A stretch of 64,000 nucleotides of DNA, taken from contig JBJHCF010000006.1 of assembly GCA_050506795.1 (NCBI GenBank), positions 89,442 to 153,441 on the forward strand, in the 5' to 3' direction. The DNA is from Opitutia bacterium. GTDB taxonomy: Bacteria > Verrucomicrobiota > Verrucomicrobiia > Opitutales > T3Sed10-336. The translations under genes were made by a program, and so were the position numbers. Within the stretch, counting starts at the first letter, position 1. The number at the start of each line of letters is the position of its first letter. Under the pieces are notes generated by a model that was not told where the DNA came from, searched no databases, and saw only the letters and a list, made by a program, of their open reading frames with translations. Positions 35,596-44,419 of the stretch are shown piece by piece.

Positions 35596-36689
35596 GCTAC
35601 CTGGCCGAGTTGGAGGAACTTTTCGGTCCCTTCCGGCTTTTCCGTTACATCACCTTTCGTGGATTGCTCGCGGCCGGGACGGCTCTTTTTATCGGCTTCG
35701 TCATGGGCCCGTGGCTCATCGCTCGCCTGAAAGCCCTCAGTTTCGAGCAGAGTTTGCGCACCCGGGAAGAGGTCGGGGACCTGGCCGGACTGCACTCGAC
35801 GAAAAAGGACACTCCCACCATGGGCGGGCTCCTGATTCTGGCCTCGGTGACGGTCAGCACGCTTCTCTGGGCGAGGCCCAATATCTGGGTGCTGGTGGCT
35901 CTCTTTGTGTTTCTGGGACTGGGGCTTCTCGGGTTCGCCGACGATTACCTCAAGGTGTCGCGGCGCAACAGCAAAGGGGTTTCGGGGAAACGAAAAATTC
36001 TTTGGCAAAGCGCGGTGGCGGTTATCGCGCTGAGCGCCTTATTGCTGCATCCGGAGAGCGCGGAGAAAGTGCGCGAATTGTGGGTCCCGTTTGTCAAAGA
36101 CGCCGTCATGACGGCGTCGCCGCTCTGGTTTCTTTTTCCGTTCTTTTTCCTTGTGATCATCGGCTCCAGCAACGCCATCAACCTGACCGACGGAATCGAC
36201 GGCCTGGCCATCGGTTGCACCATTATCGTGGGACTGGTTTACGCCGTCATGGCCTACGCCGCCGGGAACATTATTATTTCCGAGTACCTTTTCATCAGCT
36301 ACGTGCCCGGAACCGGGGAGTTGAGCATTGTATGCGGCGCCCTGGTGGGCGCGGGACTGGCCTTTTTGTGGTACAATTCGCATCCGGCCGAGGTTTTCAT
36401 GGGCGACACCGGATCACTGGCGCTGGGGGGAATCGTTGGGGCCGTGGCCTTTATGGTGCACCAGCCGCTTACGCTGGTGATTGTGGGCGGAATTTTCGTG
36501 ATGGAGGCGGTCTCCGTCATCCTGCAGGTGGTATCGTTCAAGAGCCGCGGAAAGCGGATCTTTCGTATGGCCCCGATTCACCACCACTTCGAGCTTAAAG
36601 GGTGGTTTGAAACCAAGGTGGTCGTGCGTTTCTGGATACTTTCGCTGGTCTTTGCGATCATCGGTCTGGGAACGCTTCGTTTGCGATGA
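35589..36689 (+). CDS. mraY: Phospho-MurNAc-peptide translocase
   Basis: KKDTPTMGG, DDY, NLTDGIDGLA, FMGDTGSLALGG, MAPIHHHFE. Confidence 0.97.
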   Translation: MLSYLAELEELFGPFRLFRYITFRGLLAAGTALFIGFVMGPWLIARLKALSFEQSLRTREEVGDLAGLHSTKKDTPTMGGLLILASVTVSTLLWARPNIWVLVALFVFLGLGLLGFADDYLKVSRRNSKGVSGKRKILWQSAVAVIALSALLLHPESAEKVRELWVPFVKDAVMTASPLWFLFPFFFLVIIGSSNAINLTDGIDGLAIGCTIIVGLVYAVMAYAAGNIIISEYLFISYVPGTGELSIVCGALVGAGLAFLWYNSHPAEVFMGDTGSLALGGIVGAVAFMVHQPLTLVIVGGIFVMEAVSVILQVVSFKSRGKRIFRMAPIHHHFELKGWFETKVVVRFWILSLVFAIIGLGTLRLR

Positions 36690-36690
36690 G

Positions 36691-36951
36691 ATGACTATCA
36701 ACGAATTTCAGAACCAGAAAAAGTCCGGCCGCGGAACGCCCGGTTTTGCGGTGGTTTTTGTTTGCGCTGTGATCACTCCATTCCGAAAATGGCAAAATTA
36801 CTCGCGCGGCCGGAGATTGGCCGCATCGGGTTTCGAGGACGCTTCCGGAGGGCGGACCATGCCGACCGGTTGCAGGACAGAAGTAAAACACGGACTTTTA
36901 AAGGAGAATTCACAGTGCAGACAGTTATGGGGAGGTATAGGAATCTTATGA
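36691..36951 (+). pseudogene. Possible eroded murD remnant or small hypothetical ORF (86 aa)
   Basis: Starts 1 nt after the mraY stop and overlaps the next ATG. MTINEFQNQKK resembles a MurD N-terminus and TPGFA..NYSRGRR weakly resembles the MurD C-terminal SP.FASF..Y..RG motif. Confidence 0.3.
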
Positions 36952-38060
36952 AAACGCCAAAAGTGTTCGCGGCCGTTTTAGCCGTTCACCTGCTGGCCTT
37001 TTCGCTATTGTTCGTCCAGCAGGGATGTCAAACCGTGTCGCCGGAAGAGCGAATGGACCGGACGCGTCCACCCGCGCCCTCTGAGCGGCAGTTGGAACGG
37101 GCGGATTATCAGCCCCGCCCGGCGTCGGAAACGACGGCCGGTGAGCCGGCGCAGCCCCGCTGGTCCGCACCGGTGCGTCCGGGAGCGACCGGGTTGGGGG
37201 ATCTGGAGCCGCTGGAAACAGCGCGGGTCGAGGAGGAAGCAGACGTTTTGGCTCCGGTTACCGACTGGCAAGACCCCGAACCGTTCGAAGAGATGGATTG
37301 GGGTTTTGGCACGGATGATACCCGCACTTACACGGTGCGGAGCGGCGACAACCTCTGGAATATCTCGCGTCGCGAGGGGGTGGCCATGGATGATCTCTTG
37401 GCCGCGAACAATCTGACCCGTGAATCGATCATCCGTCCCGGACAGCAATTGAGCATACCTGCCGGAAGCGGCGGTGTCGTTCGGCCCCGGGAAGAGGTCA
37501 CTCCTCCGCCAGCGCGGCCGGTTGAAATCCCCGAAGGTGCGGGAACCTATACCGTGCAGCGCGGCGACTCGCTGTCCGTGATCGCTCAGCGGTACAACAC
37601 CACGGTCCGGGACCTGATGGCGGTCAACAACTTGACCAGCGACACCATCCGCATCGGCCAGGAACTCATTCTGCCCGACGCGTCGGCCGAGCCTTCGACA
37701 CCTGCCACCCCCGCATCCCGGCCCGAGCCCGATGCCGGGAATGGGGTTCGGCACACCGTGGTGAGCGGGGAGACCCCGGGAAGCATCGCCAATCGGTACG
37801 GGATTTCGACCAACGAACTCATGAGCGCCAACAACATCAGCGATCCGCGGCGTATGCGGGTGGGTCAGGTGCTGGTGATTCCCGGCGTTGAGGAGGAATC
37901 CGACGAACCGGCGGCGCAGCCGGATGCTCCGGCGCAACCGTCCCAGACCGCGCTGCCGGTCGTTCCGGTGCAGCCGGATGATATGATTTTTATCGAGGAC
38001 GAGGATGATGACGACGAGGATGATATCCCCTTCGTGCCCATCATTCCGGATGACGAATGA
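36948..38060 (+). CDS. Exported protein with three LysM domains and an acidic tail
   Basis: Hydrophobic leader ending QQGC; YTVRSGDNLWNI, YTVQRGDSLSVIA, HTVVSGETPGSIA; tail EDEDDDDEDD. Confidence 0.93.
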   Translation: MKTPKVFAAVLAVHLLAFSLLFVQQGCQTVSPEERMDRTRPPAPSERQLERADYQPRPASETTAGEPAQPRWSAPVRPGATGLGDLEPLETARVEEEADVLAPVTDWQDPEPFEEMDWGFGTDDTRTYTVRSGDNLWNISRREGVAMDDLLAANNLTRESIIRPGQQLSIPAGSGGVVRPREEVTPPPARPVEIPEGAGTYTVQRGDSLSVIAQRYNTTVRDLMAVNNLTSDTIRIGQELILPDASAEPSTPATPASRPEPDAGNGVRHTVVSGETPGSIANRYGISTNELMSANNISDPRRMRVGQVLVIPGVEEESDEPAAQPDAPAQPSQTALPVVPVQPDDMIFIEDEDDDDEDDIPFVPIIPDDE

Positions 38061-38082
38061 CCGTCTGTTTCGATTGACTTGA

Positions 38083-39243
38083 ATGGCGACCCGCTCAGCA
38101 GAACGACTTTCGCTTGCCGGAATATTTCAACCGGGGGTGATTATCCTGGTGTGCGTGGTCAGCCTGACGGTCTTTGGCATCAGCGTGTTGTTCAGTGCCA
38201 GCGCCCACTCGGGCGCGGATCCTTATTTCTTTATCCGCCGTCAGTTTATGTGGCTGGCGGTGGCGGTGGCGACGGGAGTTTTTGTGTCCCTGCTGGACCT
38301 GGAGGCCTTGCGGCGGTTCTCCTGGCCAGTGTTGTTGGTCTCGGTGGCCGGCCTGGTGCTGGTGTTGATCCCGGGAATCGGGGTTGAGGTCAACGGCGCC
38401 CGGCGCTGGATCGATCTCGGGTTCATGCGTTTGCAGGTTTCCGAGTTCGCCAAGCTGGGGCTGGTTTTCTGTTTGGCTTGTTACCTCGGGGCGAACCACC
38501 GCGTTATTCCGACCTTCTGGCACGGGTTTGTTTTGCCCTGTCTGCTCATTGGTTTGTTCGCCGGGCTGATTTTCCTCGAGCCGGATTATGGAACCGCGGC
38601 CCTTTGCGGGGCGGTGGGTTTCACCCTTCTGTTTCTGGCCGGGGTACGCCTGATTTTCCTGGTTCCGGCCTGTACCGCGGCTTTGGCGGCCTTCGCTTTC
38701 GCGGTGTTCACCAATCCGTTGCGTCGGGGGCGGATCATGTCCTTCATGGATATCGAAGGCAACCGCGGTGAAGGCGCCTACCAGTTGTGGCAGGCCATCC
38801 TGGCGTTTGGCGCCGGCGGTGTCGAAGGAGTGGGGCTGGGGAATGGTCGCCAACAGATGGCTTTTCTTCCGGAAGCCCATACCGACTTTATTTTCGCCGT
38901 GATCGGCGAGGAACTGGGTTTTCTCTTTACCACCGGAGTGCTCCTGCTCTTTCTGATCCTTTTCATCGCCGGAATCCTGCATTTGAAACGGGCGCCCAAT
39001 ATGTACCAGTACCTGCTGGTTGCGGGAGGGCTGTTGCTGCTCAGCACCCAGGCGCTGATCAACATGGGGGTGGTGACCGGCTGTTTGCCCACCAAGGGGT
39101 TGTCCCTGCCATTCATCAGTTACGGCGGTTCCAACCTGGTGGCCATGTTTATCATTGTCGGCATCCTGGTGAATACGTCTTTGACCTGGTCCCGCTCGCC
39201 GATTTGCGACAAACGGCGTAAACTCAAGGAGATTGCCCGGTGA
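38083..39243 (+). CDS. ftsW: SEDS peptidoglycan polymerase FtsW
   Basis: NGARRWI, QVSEFAK, EPDYG, LPEAHTDFIF, PTKGLSLPFISYGGS. Confidence 0.96.
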   Translation: MATRSAERLSLAGIFQPGVIILVCVVSLTVFGISVLFSASAHSGADPYFFIRRQFMWLAVAVATGVFVSLLDLEALRRFSWPVLLVSVAGLVLVLIPGIGVEVNGARRWIDLGFMRLQVSEFAKLGLVFCLACYLGANHRVIPTFWHGFVLPCLLIGLFAGLIFLEPDYGTAALCGAVGFTLLFLAGVRLIFLVPACTAALAAFAFAVFTNPLRRGRIMSFMDIEGNRGEGAYQLWQAILAFGAGGVEGVGLGNGRQQMAFLPEAHTDFIFAVIGEELGFLFTTGVLLLFLILFIAGILHLKRAPNMYQYLLVAGGLLLLSTQALINMGVVTGCLPTKGLSLPFISYGGSNLVAMFIIVGILVNTSLTWSRSPICDKRRKLKEIAR

Positions 39244-40391
39244 TGAAGATCCTGATTTCCTGCGGAGGAACGGGTGGTCATCTGGCGCCCGGAATTGCCC
39301 TGGCTGAAGGTCTGGTCTCGCGCGGGCACGCTTGCCGGCTATTGATCAGCGAGAAAAAGGTGGACCGGCGTCTGGTCAGCAAATACCCGGCGCTCGATTT
39401 CATCCCGGTGGCGGGGGCGCCGTTTTCGCTGCATCCGGTCCGGTTCTTCCAATTCCTGGTGAATCAGGCGCGCGGGCTGCTGCAGTCAGTGCGCCTGGTG
39501 CGGACGTTCGGTCCCGACCTGATCATCGGATTCGGGGGGTTCAGCACCCTGGGTATCGCGCTGGCGGGGTTTTTCCTGCGGGTTCCTCTGGTCCTGCACG
39601 AGGCCAACCGGGTGCCCGGACGAGCCACCCGGTTTTTGCGCCCACTGGCTTCGCGGGTGTACCTGCCTCCCGGTGTGAGGCTGAGCAATGTGAGCCCGGA
39701 GACCATCCGCCATTACGGCTGCCCGGTGCGCCGGGAGATCCATCGTTGCCCGGTGAAATCGAGCCGCAAAACCCTGGGAATCGATCCGCACGGCAAGGTC
39801 CTGGCGGTCCTGGGGGGAAGTCAGGGGGCCTCCGTTCTCAATGCCTGGGTGCGCGAGCATTTCCAGGCCCTGGCGAATGAGGGCATTCATGTTTATTGCG
39901 TGACCGGTATGGACAAGGGAGACTCCGGATCGGTGCGCCTTTGGTCGAAAGACGGGCACCCGATAAAAGCCCATTTTGTGCCGTTTACCGACCGAATGCC
40001 CGAATTGCTCTCAGCGGCCGACCTGGTGGTCAGCCGGGCCGGGGCCGGGACCATTAACGAACTTATTCGCTGCCGGGCGCCGTCCATTCTGATTCCCTAT
40101 CCCTACGCGGCGGATAACCACCAGTGGGCCAACGCGGTTTTTGTGGAGCGCCAGGGTGGCGGAATCGTCGTCGGTCAGGATTATATCCACACCCTGCACG
40201 GGGAGGTGGTGGACACCATTTTCAACGACTGGTTGCTGAAAACCTTCCAGACCAACCTGGAACGGATGGATCGCCGGGATTGCCTGAACGCCATTATCAA
40301 GGATCTCGAAGGTCTGGTGGAGGCGGCGGGAAAAAACGGCCGTGATGCTCGCATGACTCCCTCGTTGCGCAACCATTTCAGCCAGGCATGA
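39240..40391 (+). CDS. murG: Lipid I N-acetylglucosamine transferase
   Basis: GGTGGHLAPG, HEAN, GGSQGA, SRAGAGT, DNHQWANA. Confidence 0.96.
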   Translation: MMKILISCGGTGGHLAPGIALAEGLVSRGHACRLLISEKKVDRRLVSKYPALDFIPVAGAPFSLHPVRFFQFLVNQARGLLQSVRLVRTFGPDLIIGFGGFSTLGIALAGFFLRVPLVLHEANRVPGRATRFLRPLASRVYLPPGVRLSNVSPETIRHYGCPVRREIHRCPVKSSRKTLGIDPHGKVLAVLGGSQGASVLNAWVREHFQALANEGIHVYCVTGMDKGDSGSVRLWSKDGHPIKAHFVPFTDRMPELLSAADLVVSRAGAGTINELIRCRAPSILIPYPYAADNHQWANAVFVERQGGGIVVGQDYIHTLHGEVVDTIFNDWLLKTFQTNLERMDRRDCLNAIIKDLEGLVEAAGKNGRDARMTPSLRNHFSQA

Positions 40392-41356
40392 ACGCCCTTT
40401 CGTCCATTAAGCAGCCCGCCGAAATTTCTTCGGATTTCGTTTCCGCGGTCGAAGCGTCGCTCAGTTCCGAATCCAGGTTTTCCCACCATGAGCCCCTGGC
40501 CGACAAAACCACACTGAGGGTGGGCGGTGAGGCTCTATATTACGCGGAACCGGCATCGATCGAGGATCTTAGTGCGATTCTGCGGTGCGCGGTCCGGTGC
40601 GGAATTCCGGTGCTTTTGCTGGGTCGAGGGTCGAACGTGGTGGTGCCCGATGACGGAGTGGACGCCTTGGTCTTGCGGTTGCAGCACCCTTGCTGGCGTC
40701 AAATCAGTGTTGCTCAGGACGGTCGCGTGCGGGTGGGCGCTGGGGTGCGTTTGCGCCAGCTCTGCGGCGAAGCGTGTCGACAGGGCATGGCGGGTCTGGA
40801 GTTTCTGGAAGGTATCCCGGGCACCGTGGGCGGTGCACTGCGGATGAACGCCGGTGCCATGGGCGGCTGGATTTTTGATCTGGTGGAGGAGGTGCGCATG
40901 ATGACCTGGGACGGTAACGAGCGGACCTTTCGGCGGGAGGAGATGCATTACGGTTACCGCAATTGCCGGGAACTCGCGCGAGCGATCGCCTTGGAAGCGG
41001 TCCTGGCGGCGCCCGGCCGTGAACAGGTGGAGGACATTAAACGCCGGCTCAAGGAATACCAGGTTCGGCGGGACCAATCACAGCCCAAGGAATCCAGCGC
41101 CGGCTGTATGTTCAAGAACCCGGAGGGAGATCATGCGGGCCGGTTGATAGACGAATTGGGTCTGAAGGGCGCCCGGGTGGGGGATGCCGAGGTCTCGGGG
41201 GTGCACGCCAATTTTATCATCAATCGCGGCCGGGCGACCGCCGGGGACGTGATCGGACTTGTCCGTCATATACGTCGGGAGGTGCGTCGACAAAAGGACC
41301 TGGACCTGGAGCCTGAAGCCTTGCTTTTTGGCAAGGATTGGAGGGAGGTCCTGTGA
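40388..41356 (+). CDS. murB: UDP-N-acetylenolpyruvoylglucosamine reductase (stand-alone)
   Basis: TTLRVGG, LGRGSN, GIPGTVGGALRMNAGA, SAGCMFKNP, HANFIIN; the ATG overlaps the murG stop. Confidence 0.96.
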   Translation: MNALSSIKQPAEISSDFVSAVEASLSSESRFSHHEPLADKTTLRVGGEALYYAEPASIEDLSAILRCAVRCGIPVLLLGRGSNVVVPDDGVDALVLRLQHPCWRQISVAQDGRVRVGAGVRLRQLCGEACRQGMAGLEFLEGIPGTVGGALRMNAGAMGGWIFDLVEEVRMMTWDGNERTFRREEMHYGYRNCRELARAIALEAVLAAPGREQVEDIKRRLKEYQVRRDQSQPKESSAGCMFKNPEGDHAGRLIDELGLKGARVGDAEVSGVHANFIINRGRATAGDVIGLVRHIRREVRRQKDLDLEPEALLFGKDWREVL

Positions 41357-42288
41357 GTGCGCCGGTGGTAGCCGTCTTTGCGGGCGGGATTTCCCGTGAG
41401 CGCGAGGTTTCCCTGCGATCGGCCGAGGCGGTGCGGGTCGCCCTGGAACAACAGTTTCCGGTGGAGGTGTTTGTGATTGATTCCCCGGAAGTTCCGGCGG
41501 GTGTGCAGGCGGATTCCCACGTGGTGTTTTCCACCCTGCACGGCGTTTTCGGGGAGGATGGAGGCATGCAGTCGTTGCTCGACGCGCTCGGGATCGAGTA
41601 TGCCGGCAGTGATACCGCCGCCAGCCGTTTGTGCATGGATAAGAGCGCAAGCAAGAGCACGGTTTCCTCCGGCGGAGTCCCGGTGCCCCGTGGATTGGTG
41701 TTTCCAGGCGGCGGGCCGCCGTCCGCGAGTGAGATTCTGGGCGAACTCGGGCCTCGGGTGGTGCTCAAACCGAACGGAGAAGGCAGCAGTATCGGATTGC
41801 GTTTCGCCGAAGGTGAAGGTGAGTTGGGCGACGCGCTGCGGGACCTCGGTGCCGGTGACTGGTTGGTCGAGGAGCGCATCGTCGGACGCGAGCTCACCGT
41901 CGGCGTGCTGGACGGACGGGCGATGGGCGTGGTCGAGATCATACCGGCATCGGGCCGATACGATTACGAAAGCAAATACACCAAAGGCCTGACCCGCTAT
42001 CAGGCGCCGGCCGGCCTTCCCGACGAAACGTCGCTGGAAATTCGCCGGGCGGCGGAAACCGCGTTCGCCCGCTGCGGATGCCGTGATTTCGCGCGGGTGG
42101 ATTTTATCCTGGAGGACAACGGACAGGCTCGGTTTTTGGAGGTTAACACGTTGCCCGGTCTGACCGGCACCAGTTTGCTTCCGATGAGCGCGGCTTGTGA
42201 GGGTTTCGACTTTAATGCTTTGGCGCGGCGGCTTGTTTTGCCCGCCTTGCATCGATTTAATTCAGTGAACGATAAGGTGAAGTCGTGA
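41353..42288 (+). CDS. ddl: D-alanine--D-alanine ligase
   Basis: GGISREREVSL, LHGVFGEDG, KPNGEGSSIG, YDYESKY, RVDF, LEVNTLPG. Confidence 0.96.
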   Translation: MSAPVVAVFAGGISREREVSLRSAEAVRVALEQQFPVEVFVIDSPEVPAGVQADSHVVFSTLHGVFGEDGGMQSLLDALGIEYAGSDTAASRLCMDKSASKSTVSSGGVPVPRGLVFPGGGPPSASEILGELGPRVVLKPNGEGSSIGLRFAEGEGELGDALRDLGAGDWLVEERIVGRELTVGVLDGRAMGVVEIIPASGRYDYESKYTKGLTRYQAPAGLPDETSLEIRRAAETAFARCGCRDFARVDFILEDNGQARFLEVNTLPGLTGTSLLPMSAACEGFDFNALARRLVLPALHRFNSVNDKVKS

Positions 42289-43172
42289 GGGGAAAGAAAG
42301 CCAAAAAGAAATCCGTGGGCAGTTGGCGGAGCATCCGGCAATCGGCCCGGGAAGTTAAAATTTCGAGTTTCGCCCGCCAGCGTTACCAGAAGATCGTGCT
42401 TCGTACCGTGGGAGCAGGTCTGTTGTTGATTGTCCTTGGCGTGGCTTGCTGGGGAGCCTTCCGTGTGGTGCAGGAGGGTTCCCGCAAAATCACCTCCCTG
42501 ATTCCCTCATCGCCGGTCGGGGATATCGATTTTTCCACCGATGGGGTGGTCTCCGATGCCTGGGTGCTCGAACGGATCGATTTGCCCGAGGATATTCCCC
42601 TGATGGAAATCGATATTCACGAAGTGAAAAACGACCTGGAGCGCCATCCCCAGATACGGCGTGCCGTCGTGGCTCGACGGCTGCCGGACCGTCTCAGCAT
42701 TCGCATTGAGGAACGCATGCCGATGCTGCGTATGGCGGCGCGGGATTCGGCCGGAAGGCGGGTCAATCTTCTGGTCGCGGAAGACGGAGTCGTGTATCAG
42801 GGAGTTGGGTACAATCGGGCGTTGCTCAATTCATTGCCCTATGTCGCCGGAGTCCGTCTCCAGCGCGAGGGGGGCGGCTTCCGTCCCCTGGAAGGGATGG
42901 AGCCCGTGGCGGAGTTGCTCAATATGGCGCGGAATGAGGTTCCGGAGATCTACGCCGCCTGGCGGGTGGTGGACTGTTCCGACCTGCCGCTCATCCGGGT
43001 GACGACCGAGGAGATTTCCGAAATCGTTTTCCGCAACAGCGAATTCCCCGAGCAATTGGCTCAGCTGCACCAGCTGCTGCTGCATCAGCGCCGTAATATG
43101 GGAGGCATGCCCTACGAACGAGTGGACCTCTCCCTGGGGGGCGGGGTCGATGTGCCGGTGAGCCTGTACTGA
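42285..43172 (+). CDS. ftsQ: Cell division protein FtsQ
   Basis: Basic cytoplasmic N-terminus, TM helix, POTRA-like IRRAVVARRLPDRLSIRIEERMP; lies between ddl and ftsA. Confidence 0.88.
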   Translation: MRGKKAKKKSVGSWRSIRQSAREVKISSFARQRYQKIVLRTVGAGLLLIVLGVACWGAFRVVQEGSRKITSLIPSSPVGDIDFSTDGVVSDAWVLERIDLPEDIPLMEIDIHEVKNDLERHPQIRRAVVARRLPDRLSIRIEERMPMLRMAARDSAGRRVNLLVAEDGVVYQGVGYNRALLNSLPYVAGVRLQREGGGFRPLEGMEPVAELLNMARNEVPEIYAAWRVVDCSDLPLIRVTTEEISEIVFRNSEFPEQLAQLHQLLLHQRRNMGGMPYERVDLSLGGGVDVPVSLY

Positions 43173-43201
43173 GGGGGAAACCCGTCCCGAGTATGGCCGT
43201 C

Positions 43202-44419
43202 ATGAGCAAAAGCAAGATCATTGCCGGAATCGAAATCGGCACCGCCAAGATCGCCGTCCTGGTGGGCGAGGTCCATAACGGCAACAGTCTCAATATTATC
43301 GGATTCGGTGAATCGAGCTCGCGCGGCGTGATGAAGGGGGTGGTGTTCGACTTCAAGCAGGCCGGCGAAGCGACCCACGCCGCCATCCATGCGGCGGAGA
43401 AACAGGCCGGGGCCCACATCGAGGGGGTTTACCTGGCGCAAACCGGGGCTCACATCGACGGCTTTTACAACGAAGCCGCGGTTTCCGTGAGCTCCGCCTC
43501 CAATCTGGTCGCGGCCGAAGATATTCGGCGGGTGTGCGAAAGCGCCAAGGCCAAGGCCCTCCCGGACGACCGCACGGTGATTCATCACATTCGCCGGCCC
43601 TTCCGGATCGATGGGCGCATGGTGCCGGACCCGGAGTATCTTGAAGGCTCCAAGTTGGAAGTGGGGTACTGGATTGTGCACGGAAGCGTGAAGGAGGTCG
43701 GCGACGCCATTCGGATCGTGAATGGATTCTCCCTTCACGTGGACGATATCATCCTTTCAAGCCTGGCTTCCGGGGTGATGGTGGCCAGCGACGACGAGAT
43801 GCGCAACGGCGTGTTGGTGGTTGATATCGGGTGCGGCGCAACGGATTTTGTGTTTTACCGCGACGGATACGTGGTCAAGACCGGCACGCTGCCCGTGGGA
43901 GGGGATCACGTTACCAACGACCTGGGACTGGGTCTGCGGGTGACCCGGCGTCAGGCGGAAACGATCAAAGTCAATGCCGGCAAAGCGGTGCTGGACCCGG
44001 CGGACCGGGGAAAGAAGATCTGGTTGAACGGAGACCTTTCCATCGGCGACCGTCAGGTTCCCCGCGAAGCGATCAACAAGATCGCCCATGCCCGGGTGGA
44101 GGAGCTCTTTGAACTGGTCAAAAAAAAGCTGGGAGAATCATTCACCTCACGCAACGCGGCGGCCGGGGTGATTCTGACCGGGGGCGGAGCCCGTTTGAAT
44201 GGGATGGCGCAGGTCGCCGAGGAGGTGTTTGGCGTCACCGCGCGGGTGGGAGAGAATCCGCCCTGGGTGACGCGGCAACTGCGCGGAATCGAGTACAGCA
44301 CCGTCCTGGGACTTTTAAACTACGGCTTGAAGAACGAGGGTGACCGCGATGCCGGCGCCTTGCGGGCCAAACCGGGAGGCCTGCTGCGCCGTATGACCAG
44401 GATTTTCGATCGAACGTGA
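43202..44419 (+). CDS. ftsA: Cell division protein FtsA
   Basis: IAGIEIGTAKI, VVDIGCGATD, PVGGDHVTNDL, ILTGGGA, and an amphipathic C-terminus. Confidence 0.96.
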   Translation: MSKSKIIAGIEIGTAKIAVLVGEVHNGNSLNIIGFGESSSRGVMKGVVFDFKQAGEATHAAIHAAEKQAGAHIEGVYLAQTGAHIDGFYNEAAVSVSSASNLVAAEDIRRVCESAKAKALPDDRTVIHHIRRPFRIDGRMVPDPEYLEGSKLEVGYWIVHGSVKEVGDAIRIVNGFSLHVDDIILSSLASGVMVASDDEMRNGVLVVDIGCGATDFVFYRDGYVVKTGTLPVGGDHVTNDLGLGLRVTRRQAETIKVNAGKAVLDPADRGKKIWLNGDLSIGDRQVPREAINKIAHARVEELFELVKKKLGESFTSRNAAAGVILTGGGARLNGMAQVAEEVFGVTARVGENPPWVTRQLRGIEYSTVLGLLNYGLKNEGDRDAGALRAKPGGLLRRMTRIFDRT

